Part shown: piece after piece, positions 37,330 through 51,000 of the stretch | How positions within the stretch are numbered: position 1 is the first letter of the stretch | How the letters are laid out: the number at the start of each line of letters is the position of its first letter | Source: Octopus vulgaris | Lineage: Eukaryota | Direction of reading: 5' to 3' | DNA length: 64,000 bases | Assembly (NCBI GenBank): GCA_951406725.2 | Contig: OX597830.1 | Location: forward strand, 25,234,001-25,298,000 | The notes under the pieces: generated by a model | Databases searched by the model: none | Seen by the model: the letters and a program-made list of their open reading frames with translations, nothing else | Told to the model about the DNA's origin: nothing | Translations under genes and position numbers: made by a program

Positions 37330-38459
37330 CTAAAAGGAAAAGAAATTAAGAATCAGATGTCACTAGATACAGGAAAATTGATAAGAAGGGAAAAACTTTC
37401 AAAATGCCTCACAATTTTCACTACAACACAGCTTTATAACATTATCTTTTACACAGGAATGTATCGACATAGTATTTAACTTATCATCATAATTGTTGTA
37501 GTCAGATGCCATGACTGTACCACGTTTCAACAGCCACCACTCTGTATTTGTTGTTCTTAAGCATACTAATGAGTTGAACTGTACAAAAACTCACACAGGT
37601 GTGTTGCTGATTATTTCCTTTTGAATAATTCTCCAGCCAAGAATTTAGCGCCAAATCCACACAGATGTTTCCAAGAACCTCATTGATCACAGATATATTT
37701 TGGATACTTAGGCACTTGCTCAAGGTGCTGTGTAGTGCAAGTGCAGCTGAAATCACATGGTTTGGAAATCAACTTCTAATCTGCACAGCCATCCCAGCAC
37801 TCTCAATTTATATGTGTGTATGCGTGTGTGTCTTGTGTGAATGTTTACAAAACTAAGCTGAGCAATAGCTACAAATGGCGACATCACTATTTTTGGTAGG
37901 GTTGCAAATGATGGCATTTGTTGACATTTCAAGTAATTTTTTTAGCTCTGCATGTTTGTATTCCACTGGAGTTAAAAAATCTTACTTGCAAAACAGGTAA
38001 TGCTTGGCAACAGGAAGTGCATTCAGCCATAAAAAGCTTATCTAAATTCCTCCCACTTAAGCCATGCGGGCACAGAAAATCAGACACGAAGCAAAACAAA
38101 CTAGTGAATGTAACAAATCACTCGTAATGTTTTCTTTATAGTTAGGGTGGAAGAGACTTTTTTGTGAATGCATGGCAGTGTAGTTAACAAGATCAATTGA
38201 TTTTAGGTTCAGTTCTACTGTGAGGCACCTTGGGCAAGTGTCTTCTACTATAGCCTCGGGTTGACCAAAGCCTTGCGAATGGATTTGGTAGACTAAAACT
38301 GAAAGAAGAATATTGTGTGTGTGTGTATGTCTCCTTGTTTTAGTATCAAGTGACAGCTGTAAATGAATGCCACTGTCATATATGTGGTGTTACTTGCTAG
38401 CATTCACTCATATGAAAAGACCTTTGGCAAAGTTCCATGATTTGTAATTTGGTGGTCAC

Positions 38460-39595
38460 TAAGAGAACTGGATGCAGATGGAATGACTTGCGAGATGTAG
38501 GAGTTGTTCAAGCCAGTTGCTAACTCTCACTTTGCTGACATGACTCCTGTTTTGTCAGCAAAGTGAGAGTTAGCAACTAGTTGAGTAAAAAACTTAGCAT
38601 GTAGCTAGGTATTTATTCATCAGTAGTCCATGAGAACTGCTGTGTACTGTTCTCATAATCCAACTGGTCAAAAATTTCAAGGAAATATTCCAGTTACAGA
38701 TGCAGAGGTCTGGGATCAAGAAGTTACTAAAGGAAATGTAGCAAAACCAAAAGTTTTAGATAGCAAGAAAAAACAGAGAACTCTGCTGCTATTTGGGATG
38801 TGGTCATGATTGATATGCAGGAAAGGTGCAGAATGCAATTCTACAATGTATATTCAATGTAAAATGTGGGTGCACAAGAAATGCAGTGAGATCACAGGTA
38901 GACATAAAGATTCACAGAAGTAGTTAGCAGTAAGAGCACCACTGAAATGAATTCTTTCAAATACTTGGAATGCTCCATAGTTGTTGTTTGCTTTTGTTAC
39001 CTCGGTTACCTTGTCGGTTGCAGAGACAGACATTTTGAAAGCATAGTAACCTTAGTAAAGAATGGTAAAAGTTAAGGGAATTATTACCTCTGCAGGCAAA
39101 CAAGGGGATTCTTTCTCTTCAAGAGAAGGGTAAATTGTATAATACTTGCGTATGAACTGTGATTTTGCTTGGTAGTGAGAAAATGGGTAGCAAAAGACTC
39201 TAGAGGGTATTTGAAGGTAGCAAAAAAACAAAAATGAGGCAAGCGTACACCACTGGATATGTAATATTATTAGTATGTATGAACAACGGAACACAAAAGG
39301 GCTCAGAGTAAAACTAGGCATAAGAGGAATCAGATGTGGTGTGGAAGAGAGAAGATTGTGGTGGTACAGTACAGACATGTGAACATTATAAAAGACGTCT
39401 GATGGTTAAAAAGAGTGCTAAGGAATACAAGTGGAAGAAGCCTGTGGAAAAAGAAAACAGAGGCCAATATGGAAAGAAGTAATAAAGGAAGATTTCAGAA
39501 TGCTGAAATTCACGTAAGAGATGATGATGAGCCACAGCAAATGACATTGTGTTGGAGAAGACCTGTCCAACCCATGGAAAAACTGACATAAAATA
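38460..39595 (+). mobile_element. Degraded RTE-clade LINE 3' portion
   Basis: Decayed RTE-like motifs (F.YLG; RRL.W.G) and a 3' end acctgtccaacccatggaaaa shared with the RTE-tail SINEs. Confidence 0.6.
38515..38578. repeat. Perfect 26-bp inverted repeat with 12-nt loop
   Basis: agttgctaactctcactttgctgaca-tgactcctgttt-tgtcagcaaagtgagagttagcaact. Confidence 0.92.
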
Positions 39596-41081
39596 ATGGC
39601 AGTTATATGTATATAATATATATCTAATGTGAAAGCTGTGCAAGTCAATCATCTGGCACAAGATCACCTCCTCTAATACCCCCTCCCCTCTCAAAATTCC
39701 TTGTTTTGCAAGTTAATTGGTAACCCTGCTGGTGCCATGTAAAAAGCATCTAGTCCACACTGTGAAGTGGTTGGCATTTGGAAGGGGATTCAGCAGCAAA
39801 AATTATGCCTAAACTGACCTCACCTGTGCTGCTGCTATGTAAAATGTATTCAGTCCACTCTATGGGGTGGTTGGTGTTAGGAAGGGCATCCAGCTGTAAA
39901 AAACATGCCAATACAGACACAGTAGCCTGGTGCAGTTTTCTACCTGGCCAGCTCAAACCGTCCAACCAATGCCAGCATGGAAGACGGGTGTTAAATGATG
40001 ATGATAATGTATTTAACAAACAGATATATACAATATCAAGAAGAATGAATAACTGGGGCTCATCAAATGAAGTCTTGGTAGTTTTATAGTAGATTATATA
40101 AAATCTCCCTTGTCACTCATTGCATTGTAAATAAATGCATTGAAGTAGCTTTTAAAATCTGTTAGCAGTGATATTTGGCTTCACCAAATGCAATATAAAA
40201 TTTAAACAATAAATAGATGAGATGGTACAGAATCAAACCCTTGCACTTTGTGTCTATCAAATTCATGTCCCGATGGAAAATCAGATAGGATGAAGATAAT
40301 AACTCAATTTATTGAAACACAGGCAGTCTACTCACAGAAATATATTCATGAAAATGGGATAGATATGCATACACATATTCTTGTGTATGTGTATATACAA
40401 AAAAAAAATCTCCCCAAAAACAGGAAATTAGATTTTTTTTTTTTAGTATAGCTTATTCACCATTATCACAAAAGTTGAACATGTTGGATAAACATATAGG
40501 GAATTTCTTGTAGGTGTAGGAGTGGCTGTGTGGTAAGTAGCTTGCTTACGAGCCACATGGTTCTGGGTTCAGCCCCACTGCATGGCACCTTGGGCGAGTG
40601 TCTTCTACTATAGCCTCGGGCCAACCAAAGCTTTGTGAGTGGATTTGGTAGACGGAAACTGAAAAAAGCCCATCGTATATATGTGTATATATGTGTGTGC
40701 GTGTGTGTGTATGTTTGTCCATCCCTCCCAACATCGCTTGACAACTGATGCTGGTTTGTTTACATCCCCGTAACTTGGTGGTTTTGCAAAAGAAACCGAC
40801 AGAATAAGTACTAGGCTTACAAAGAATAAGCCCTGGGGCCGATTTGCTCGACTAAAGGTGGCACTCCAGCATGGCCACAGTCAAATGACTGAAACAAGTA
40901 AAAGAGTATATGTTTATCCAACTTCTTATTTTGTTCTATAAGAATTCTGCAAACAATATTTCCAGAATTTTCAACTCTAATATGTACCTAATATCAGCAC
41001 AACAGACTGGATTGTAATTCTGAGAAAAGCACATGTGCTTCAAGAGGACACAGCTTGGATTTTACCCTACCTACCTACATA

Positions 41082-41082
<1 letters not shown>

Positions 41083-41117
<35 letters not shown>

Positions 41118-41670
41118 CCTCCTCCTCCTCCTTTAACGTCCATTTTCCATGCTGGCATGGGTTGGATGGTTCAAGAGGTGCTGACCAGCTGAAGGGTTGT
41201 TCAGGCTCCCTGTGCTTTCATGTGGTTTCTACGGTTCAATGCCTTCCTAACATCAACCACTTTACAGAACATACTAGGTGCTTTTACACTGCACCAGCAC
41301 CTACAAGCCCACAAAATTAGTTATGCTTAGCTGGAGAGGGTTGCAACAGATGAGCCTGTATGCAAGAGCAACCATGCTTTTACTTTGCATGACATGTCTT
41401 TTCAAGCACAGCAAACCACCAGGAGTCTCAGCCCCCTGTCATCTCCTCTGTGAGTCCCAACATCTGTAGATCCTTTCTCACCATTTCATCCCATGTCTTT
41501 CTGGGTCTACTCCTTCTACATGTTTCCTCTACAATTAGAAATTTTCACCTCTTGATGCAGCTCTCTTTGTTCATATGCATTATATGACCATACCAGTGCA
41601 GTCTTCTCTCTTGTACACTGCACCTGATACCATATATACCCTGTTTTCTCCCAAAATCACTGACACTCTG
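41083..41670 (-). mobile_element. RTE LINE 3' fragment with (ATG)n tail
   Basis: Minus strand encodes ..ERRLHWYGH..GRPRKTWDE.VRKDL, followed by the RTE 3'UTR and a (CAT)n microsatellite on +. Confidence 0.7.
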
Positions 41671-41708
<38 letters not shown>

Positions 41709-41911
41709 AAATCAAGTGTTTTAAATCTGGGTTTTGTCCCTGTTAATGGGGGTGGCTGGATCTACCTCAATGCCATAGCAACTGCCCTCACATCATCTTA
41801 CCATCTTGCCCAGTTTGGACATCACAATATCCACTGTGTTATAGATGAAGGAAGTTTCAAAAATATAATCAAAAGCATAACTTGGCAGAATGGCGCAATG
41901 ACTGAACTTAC

Positions 41912-41966
41912 CTTTGGATTTTTCATTTTTCCATTTGTTTGTTTTGCTTCGTGTAGATTTTTCCGT
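41912..41966 (-). CDS. Nop6-like RRM gene, exon 2 (TEKSTRSKTNKWKNEKSK)
   Basis: Acceptor gttttgcAG, donor AAG|GTAAGT. The 55-nt exon converts phase 0 to phase 1 as required by its neighbours. Confidence 0.78.
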
Positions 41967-44900
41967 CTGCAAAACAACATGGAATATTGATATGGAATTT
42001 CAAACAAAGGGATGAAAAAAATTTCTTTTAGCACAAACAATAAGATAGAAACATACTTAACAACAAGACCAGAAGATAACAACCATCTGACTTACAGAAG
42101 GTGTTGTCTTCTCACTGCCTCTTCTGTTGATACTATGAAGGCCTCTGCTCTTCAGAACCAGCTGGCTTAGTAGCAGCTTCATTCAGGCTTACTAGTCTCT
42201 CCTATACTCTTTATCCAAAGTGTATCCATCAATCCCTATCATCTCCAGTCCTTCCACTTCAGAATATTATCTCTCTGGAATTTCATCCCACATTTCCTTG
42301 CAGCTATCAAGTTGCAGATGTCAAAGAACATCAGCTGTGTCCAATGTTTCTGGTCTTCACAGCTCATGCCTCCAGTTCGGGAACTGCCAACAAAGCATGG
42401 TTGTGTGGTGAGTAGTCTGCTTCTCAACTACATGCTTCTAGGTTCAGTCCTGCAGTGTCCTCTACTACAGCTCTGTGCCAAGCAAAGACTTGTGAGTGGA
42501 TTTGGTAGATAGAAACTGAAAGAAGCCCATTCTGTATGTGTGTTTATGTGTGAATGTCTATGTATGTGTTTGTCACCCACTACTGCTTTACAACTGGTGT
42601 TAGTTTGTTTACATCCCTGTAATTTAATGGTTTAACAAAAGAGACTGCTGGAATAAGTACCAGGCTTAAAATAAGTACTAGGGTCAATTTGTTTGACTAA
42701 ACCCTTCAAGGTGGTGTCCCTGCATGCCTACTGTCCAATGACTGAAACAAGCAAACAGTAAAAGATACATACATCATCATCATCGTTTAACGTCCGTTTT
42801 CCATGGTAGCATGGGTAGGACGGTTCATCCGGGGTCTGGGAAGCCAGGAGGCTGCACCAGGCTCCAGTCTGGCAGTGTTTCTACAGCTGGATGCCCTTCC
42901 TAATGCTAACCACTCTGTGAGTGTAGTGGGTGCTTTTTACGTGCCAGGGGAGGCTGGCAGCGGCCACGATTGGTTGGTGCTTTTTACGTGCCACCGGTAC
43001 AGAAGCCAGTCAAGGCTGTGCTGGCATCGGCCACGTTCAGATGGTGCTTTTTACGTGCCACCAGCACAGGTATCACAACTACAATTTCCATTTGATATTT
43101 ATTTTGATGTTGATGTACTTAACTCAATAGGTCTCCTCAAGCACAGCAGGTCATGTACCACTGGCACAGAAGCCAGTCAAGGCAGCGCTGGCATTGGCCA
43201 CGTTTGGATGGTGCTTTTTATGTGCCGCCGGCACAGATACACACACACACAAAATATGGGGGTTTAGTTCACAGGTGATCTAAACAATTAGGTATGCTAG
43301 GTACAAGATGTGTGTGTGTGGGTATTTTCATTATCTTGCAATATGTTACTCCAGATTATCCTTCATATGACAGGCTTATAATCAAAGACATTCCATCTTT
43401 TATTCAAGCCTAGTAAATAAATAAAAATACATTATCCAATATGCCCTTCCTTTATTTAAGATGATAGGGTGTGATTTGAAGTATATCCTTTAACAGGTTG
43501 AGTGGCCCTCTCTGCCCACCTCCAGAAAAGGACTAACAGATAATCAACCCTTTAGCATGTTAAACAGGCCATATTCAGCCTAAATATTCTTTTCTACTCT
43601 CTAAGGAGGGGGCTAGTCAATTAGATCACTCCCAGTATGCAACTGGTACTTAATTTATTGACCTCGAAAGGATGACAGGCAAAGTTGACCCTGGTGGAAT
43701 TTGAACTCAGAACATAAAGACAGACGAAATATCGCTAAGCATTCCGCCCGGCATGCTAATGTTTCTGCCAGCACCCTGCCTTAATTCAGCCTAAATACTG
43801 TACAAGTTTTGTGTTGAAACCAATCAGATCTGGCCCCACACATCCTACAGAGTTGTTCTCAGAATAAACTTTTACCTCATTGAAACCTCAAAGTTACAAG
43901 ATAAAGCCTGATGAATTCTAAGCAACGTGAATAAATAAGCATTACATTTGACAAAGTAATCTGAATGCTAAAAGGTCAACCCTTGAGCATTTAAACTGGC
44001 CAGATTCAGCCCAAAATATTCTGCTTCAAATGAAGAAAAAATATCTATCATTTTATCAATTATATTTTTTTTTGTTTTCTGTTATTTTTGTGTTTATTAT
44101 AATATACTTATTTTTAACATTTTATCATATAACAGAAGAGTTAAGGTATAATATGAATCAAAATAGAGGAAAAAGTATAATTCAATTATACGTGATAAGT
44201 GAGGTGTTCAAACTGGTAAAATCTGACCTCTTGCACCTATCCTACAATGTCATTCTATAAATAAACAACCACATCTTCAAAATCTCTAAGCTACAATATA
44301 ATACATTATTAATTTTTTTTTAATGTGAATAAATAAGCATTATATTTCAGAGAGTGAACCAAATGCTAAAGGGTGGGTTAAATACCACTTCATCCTCCAA
44401 GTTACTATCTTTGTTGCAGGAACTACCCTGGTAGAGTAGATTATTCATCCATATTCTGATTACACCACAACTTAATGAAAGCTCCTTTATAGATTGAAAA
44501 TTTCATGCTGTGGCAATTATGCCTTTTCAAAGGACACTAACAATATAAGTGAAATCAAATGACCCTAATTAGTAATTAAAACTGACAATTTAGTAACAGT
44601 TGTTACTAAGTTTATTACTTTCTATCTTTAAGAATTAAGCAAGTCATTCAAAAGGTTGTGTTGATAATACTGAAAGCTATTATCTCAATGATAACAAATT
44701 GCTGATATCATGATCACTGGGATATCAACAATGTACCCTTTGAAGCTACACTAATTTAGCAAGTATTTATCGTTGCCTACATTCACATGTAACTTCACCA
44801 CAAACTTTTATTTTCAAACTGGGAAGATCCTGTTTCTCACATCTTAACAAATGCTATTCTTAAAATAAGCAATAGCATCAACAAAATCTCAAAGCTACAA

Positions 44901-46091
44901 TATAATGCATGATTAATTCAAAATGATGTGAAAGTGATAAAGCTGGAGCCACATATCACAAATACAATCCATACATGCACAGTCGCACTATCGTTGCCTC
45001 AGATCGGGACAAAACAATGATAGAATAACTTCTTAGCATTTAAACAGGTCATATCCAGCCCAAATATTCTGTTTTATGTTAAAACTGGCCAGATCCAGCC
45101 TCTCTCATTTATCCTACAATGTCAATCCTCAAAATGTCAAAGCAATGAAAAGTAGCATAACTGATTGACAACAATGTGAATAAATAAGCATCACATTTGA
45201 TGCAAAGAAAACTTCTTAACCACACAACCATCATACACACGTACACACACACACACATACACAATAAAAAACACAAGCAACAGTTTATATTGAACCTTGC
45301 TCAATTACGCTTATATCCTAATAAAAGGAGGCTTAAAATTGCTGTGGGCAGACTTACAAAGTCTGTTATAACCCTATTATATTATCTCCAATAATCCAAT
45401 TATGATTTGTTTAACTATAGAATCTAGCTTATCACATAATTATATTGCAACAGCAGCTGCTGACCCTTAATACAAGCCCATATCTAGGGTAATTCTTGTT
45501 AAATAACAAATAACATCTAACTAGAATCTCATACAATATATAATGAAATATGTATCATATTCAAAACATTATCTTCTTTTATCCTTTCCTTGTTTCAGTC
45601 ATTTGACTGTGGCCATGCTGGGGTACCACCTTGAAGAATTTTGAGTCAAAAGACTCAACTCCAGTGCTTTTTTTTTTGTCTTAAAGCTTGGTACTTATTC
45701 TAACGGTTACTTAAGCCAAATCACTAAGTTACAGGAATGTAAACACAGTGACACTAGTTGTCAAGCAGTAATGGGGGGACAAACAATTATATATATATAT
45801 CACATGACCAATCAGGCCTTCAGATGTTGCTACACATCGCTGGTCACAATGCGCTTCACATTGTTTCAGCCTTCAATGACGTCACCCCGCTGGCTAAGCG
45901 AGCAGGCCAACAGAGTGAGAGAAAGTTGTGGTGAAAGAGTACAGCAGGGATCACCACCATCCCCTGCTGGAACCTTGTGGAGCTTTAGGTGTTTTTGCTC
46001 AATAAACACTCGCAACACCAGGTCTGGGAATCGAAACCGTGATCCTACGACAGCGAGTCCACTGCCCTAACCACTGGGCCATTGCACCTCC

Positions 46092-46124
<33 letters not shown>

Positions 46125-47827
46125 CATACTGGGTTGGACAAAATAATGGAAACACCTTAAAATTTCAAACAAATTTATTTTAATATGGGGTAGGACTGCT
46201 TTTGGCTGTAATTACAGCTTGAATTCTATGAGGTATGGCAACATGTTGTAACTTAGGAATTTGGCAGCTATTTCTTGTAAAGCAATTGACAGTAACGAAG
46301 CTCCTTTCTAGACTTGTCAGGTTCTCTCATTATCATTTAACTCTTTAGCATTTAAACAAGACACATCCAACCCAAATATTCTGTTTTATGTTCCAACTGG
46401 TAAGATCTCGCCTCTCATGGCTACCCTACATTATCATTCCGAAATCAAAAGATTACATCATTGAAATCTTGATACTACAACATAATGTAGAATTAATTCA
46501 AAACAACATGAATAAATAACGAGCATTACATTTGAGAGAGTAATCTGAATGTTAAAGAGTTAAACAGGTGGATGAAAGCAAAACCTGTTGCAACATCCGT
46601 ATCATATTGCCATTTCTGTACTGCCAGTTACCACTCCCTCTCCTCTATACTACATCCAATCAACATCATCATCCTCTCTACATCCAATCAACATCATCAT
46701 CCTCTGCCCACACTCATACTGATCGATCATCCTTGTCTACCATCCACTACAAATCCCTTATTGGCCACTTCTACACCATGTTTACATTTATCTCGCATAC
46801 CCTTGCAACATTACCCACCCCCTCTGATCCATGCTTTATTCTATTCACCTTGGACATGTTAACTTGAGGATATGTTCTGGCACCTTATTACTTCTCTTCC
46901 AAGCCAATCAAGCCACTCCTATAAAAGACAAAGAAGCCATAACTCTCCTTCCCAACAGTAAAACTGTTCCTGCTCCTCCCATTATACTTTAACCACTCAA
47001 AATCTCACATAAAGTGACCACCCTATCTCCTATCACCCTTTCAGATGAGGAGAGTGGGACTACCTCACTATGTTGATGCCTTGAAAATAAAAATGACCCA
47101 GTACACTCTAAAATGGTTTGCATTAAGGGCTTCCAGTCACAGTAACCATGCCAAAACTGAGACTGGAGCAAAATGTGGGCCGCTAACCCACTGGATCCAG
47201 TCAAAACGTAACATCCTATGCCAGCATGCAAAGCAGACATGATGATGATGATGATGATGATAATTGTGCTTTTGAATTTTACAGTTCCTCTGAGACTGGT
47301 AAAGAACAATTCAGTTTAAGTTCGCTTAAATATATCTAAGTTGATGTCTGCAACAAACACACTGGGTGGATTTCAGACAATTAACATTCTGGGGAGAAAA
47401 GGTGAAGCAAAAATGTAGTTGGTGTGGACACAATAAGACTGATGAGAGGAGTGATGGGAATTTTGGGTGAGTTAACTCAGGAAATAGCATGTAGTAGTTC
47501 AGAGATGCAAGAGACATTTGTAGAACCAGCAGAAGAGGGAGGATGAATATATTGGACAATCAGTCAGATGTTCTTTCTTTGGATGTAGTCCAAGATGCTT
47601 GTGTGTGTGTGTGTAGCAGCACCATTTGTGAAGCAGGAGCCATACACTTGGATGGTTTAGTAATGAATAATACAAATGCATGGTTAAGAAATTATTTTAT
47701 GCCTGTGGGGCTCAGGTTCTATCCTACGATGTGACACATTGGGCAAGTGTCTTCTACAATAGGCTTGGGTCATCCAAAACCTTCAGTGTGAAATTTAGTA
47801 GACAGGAGTTGTATAGAATTTCTGTAA

Positions 47828-48060
47828 AGTGGCGAGCTGGCAGAATCGTTAGCATGCTGGGCGAAATGCTTAGTGGTATTTCGTCTGTCTTTACATTCTG
47901 AGTTCAAATTCCGCCGAGGTCGACTTTGCCTTTCACCCTTTTGGGGTTGATAAATTAAGTACTAGGTACACACTGGGATTGATGTGATCGACTTAATCCC
48001 TTTGTCTGTCCTTGTTTGTCTCCTCTATGTTTAGCCCCTTGTGGGCAATAAAGAAATAAG
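47828..48060 (+). mobile_element. tRNA-derived SINE family B (other copies - 8400-8585, 8625-8832, 10360-10560, 25300-25620, 43587-43783, 56711-56928)
   Basis: Head ggcgagctggcagaatcgttagc...gagttcaaattcc, core gcctttcatcctttcggggtcgataaa, tail gccccttgtgggcaataaagaaata. The copy at 43587 has a 14-bp TSD attcagcctaaata. Confidence 0.88.
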
Positions 48061-51000
48061 AAATTGTATGGAATCCAGTCAGAGGAACTATTCCTGTTCT
48101 TGGGTAGTAGACTTAAACTGGTTTAACATTACCACCTGGTCTTTGGTGCCTTTAGCAGACATCACTCTGTCACAAGCTTTTAAACCAATTCTTTGGTCTG
48201 AAGCTAACTTTCTCCAAACTGGTCACAGAGGTCCAGAATAAAAGGTTGTGGGCATCACCCTTCCTCCAGTAACCGAGTCATGTGAAAAAAAAACAAATGT
48301 TTTAAGGGAAAATCTTTTTTAAATTACTCCACCTGTCCCCCTATTTTCAGTTTAACATCTGCTAAACATTAAAATAATCCTACTAGATTTCTATAACACA
48401 GTCAATATCTGCATAAGGATTATTTTGCTATGTTTCAATTTTAAAAGCAGAATATCTCTAACAGTAATTTCAACTGCCTGAGACACACTGTGTAGCACTT
48501 GGCTTCTTTAAAGCATCACATCTTAAAACATATGTTTACACACACACACACAACCATTGCCAAGAAGTGAAAAAAAAGAAAAAAAACAGCAAAAACATGT
48601 AACGGAGGAAGAATCTAACTTTATTGCCACTCCAGTTCAAAGAATTCTGCTGAAATGGTTCAAATAACCATTGATAGTTCAGTGAACCATTTTGTTTCTA
48701 TAATTGATCTATTATTAGAAAGTAATACTACTTAAGAATCTGTTGTCTACACACATACACACAGATCTTAGCATTATCTGTGTAGATAGACAGATAGCTG
48801 GTGCTTTGTTTGAGTCTGTAGAAATAATAAACTGTTAAATATATCATTTTCTAATGACAGATTAACTATAAAAACAAAAAGATAGATGGAAAACCTGCAC
48901 ACACACATAAATAGACATATAGGATGTGTGTATATACATATATATATATATAATAGTGAGAGCTGAAGACTTGAGTACATCTATAGCAATAATTGTGAGC
49001 AAACTTTAAATTGTCAGCTTAGTAAAATAAATAAATTATATATTTTGTGATAAGAGAATTATTCCATAGCTTCAAGTAACTTGTTAGACCTTACAAGTAA
49101 AACTACTTCAATCAGTATTGGCTGGTTTTAACAGCAGAATAATGCCATATTATGATGTTCCTTTTTTTCCCAATGCACATTAGCAGTCTAGTAAAATGGA
49201 CGTCTATGGAGATCAGACAGCTCTGGGAGAAGTAGATACAACTTGAAAGATTATAGGTATCCATTTCCAGTGGAATAAAAGTAATAAAGAAAAATGCTAT
49301 TAATTAATGGATTAGTAACAATGGAAATTATAAATCTTGTTTTTTTTTTAATAGTAATTTCTATAATCATTATTCAGCTCCCAAGTCATCCCAGATCCAA
49401 CAGATCCGTGATCATGGCATTCTAGATATGATCATCCCATATTTTCTTTTCTCTTCTGATAGTTTATCTTGGATTACACTATCTAATGTGTCTTCCTTTT
49501 ATTAAGATGGCCAAGTGAGATATTTTGTAAGGCTGACAACTATTTCTAGTAGATCAAATAAATAATCATTTAGAAGTTCTGTTAAAATATATGTCAGATG
49601 TGGCCTTGTAATTAAGAAGCTTGCTTCTCCACCACAGGGTTTCAGGTTCAATCCCATTGCTTGGCACCCTGGGCAAGTGTCTTCTACTGTAGCCCCAGAC
49701 TGACCAATACCCTGAGAATAGGTTCAGTAGATGGAAACTGAAAGAAGTCCATCATGTGTAAGTGTGTGTGTGTGCCTATGTATGTGAGTTGATGTCCCAT
49801 TGCCTTGACACACATGATGGTTGTGAATGAGTGTCACTGTTATACAGCATATTTGGCCATATTATTTGAAAACAGGTATGGGTTAGTGACAGGAAGGACA
49901 TCCAGCTGGAGAAAATTTGCCACAACAAATCCCATCCAACCCATGCAAGCCTGCACGAGTGGATGTTAAAATGACAATGATGAGGATATATTAGCCATAA
50001 TTCTTTTCGCACCTGCATTCACTGTTCACTGCTAATTAGGCTTCAAAACCTATCAACTACTTCTAGACAGTCTTCTGGTCATTTGAAAAAATTATTTCAC
50101 CTGTACAGTTACTAACTATCTGCCCTTGTACCTATCACATATGAAGCCTACCTTCTTTGCCATCCTACTGGTACATCCATAGTATGCACTGGGTACACTA
50201 CCATATGGAATTCCCACTAACTCATTTTCTGCATATTGAGTACAGCCACTTTCCCGATGGCTGTAGAGCTCTGCTTTCCTCTGTACTAGAACTTTAGCCT
50301 TTACTAGATTTACCTTAAGCCTTTCTTAATTCTAGGTTTCATTTCCAAACTTGAAAATTCCTTTGTAAATCTTTGATTCAGCAATGTGAACCATGTCAGT
50401 ATACAAAACTGCCATGGACAACCAGTCTTAAGCATATATGTTATAACACAGAAGACAATAACAAACAGAAAGGGAAAGAGAAGTGAGTTCTGATGTACAC
50501 CAACCGGCATGAATACATTCTTTGGTGAATTTATTGCTAACTTAGACCTTGCTGGCAGCATCTCACTAACGTACCTTGCATGGCTTTCATGAACCCATCT
50601 ATCCCTAACTTTCTGAGTGACCACCAGACTACACTCTATGGAACAGTGTTAAATACTTTATTAAAGATGGCCAAAACTAGGTAGGGTGGTTTACTCCAAG
50701 CTAAGTATTTTTGAAGTTGTATCAATAAGAACACAGAATCAATGGGACCTTATCTCGGAATAAATGTAACTGCATCTCATCTAGACTAATTATCTTCCTA
50801 ATTAATTGTGCTATAACTTTTTCAGTAATTTTCATAACCTGGACAAGCCAACTGATACTTATTTCTACATCATCATCATCATTTAACGTCCGTTTTCCAT
50901 GCTAGCATGGGTTAGACGGTTCGATCAGGGTCTGGTAAGCCATGGAGGCTTAACTAGGCTCCAGTCTGGTTTGGCAGTGTTTCTACAGCTGGATGCCCTT

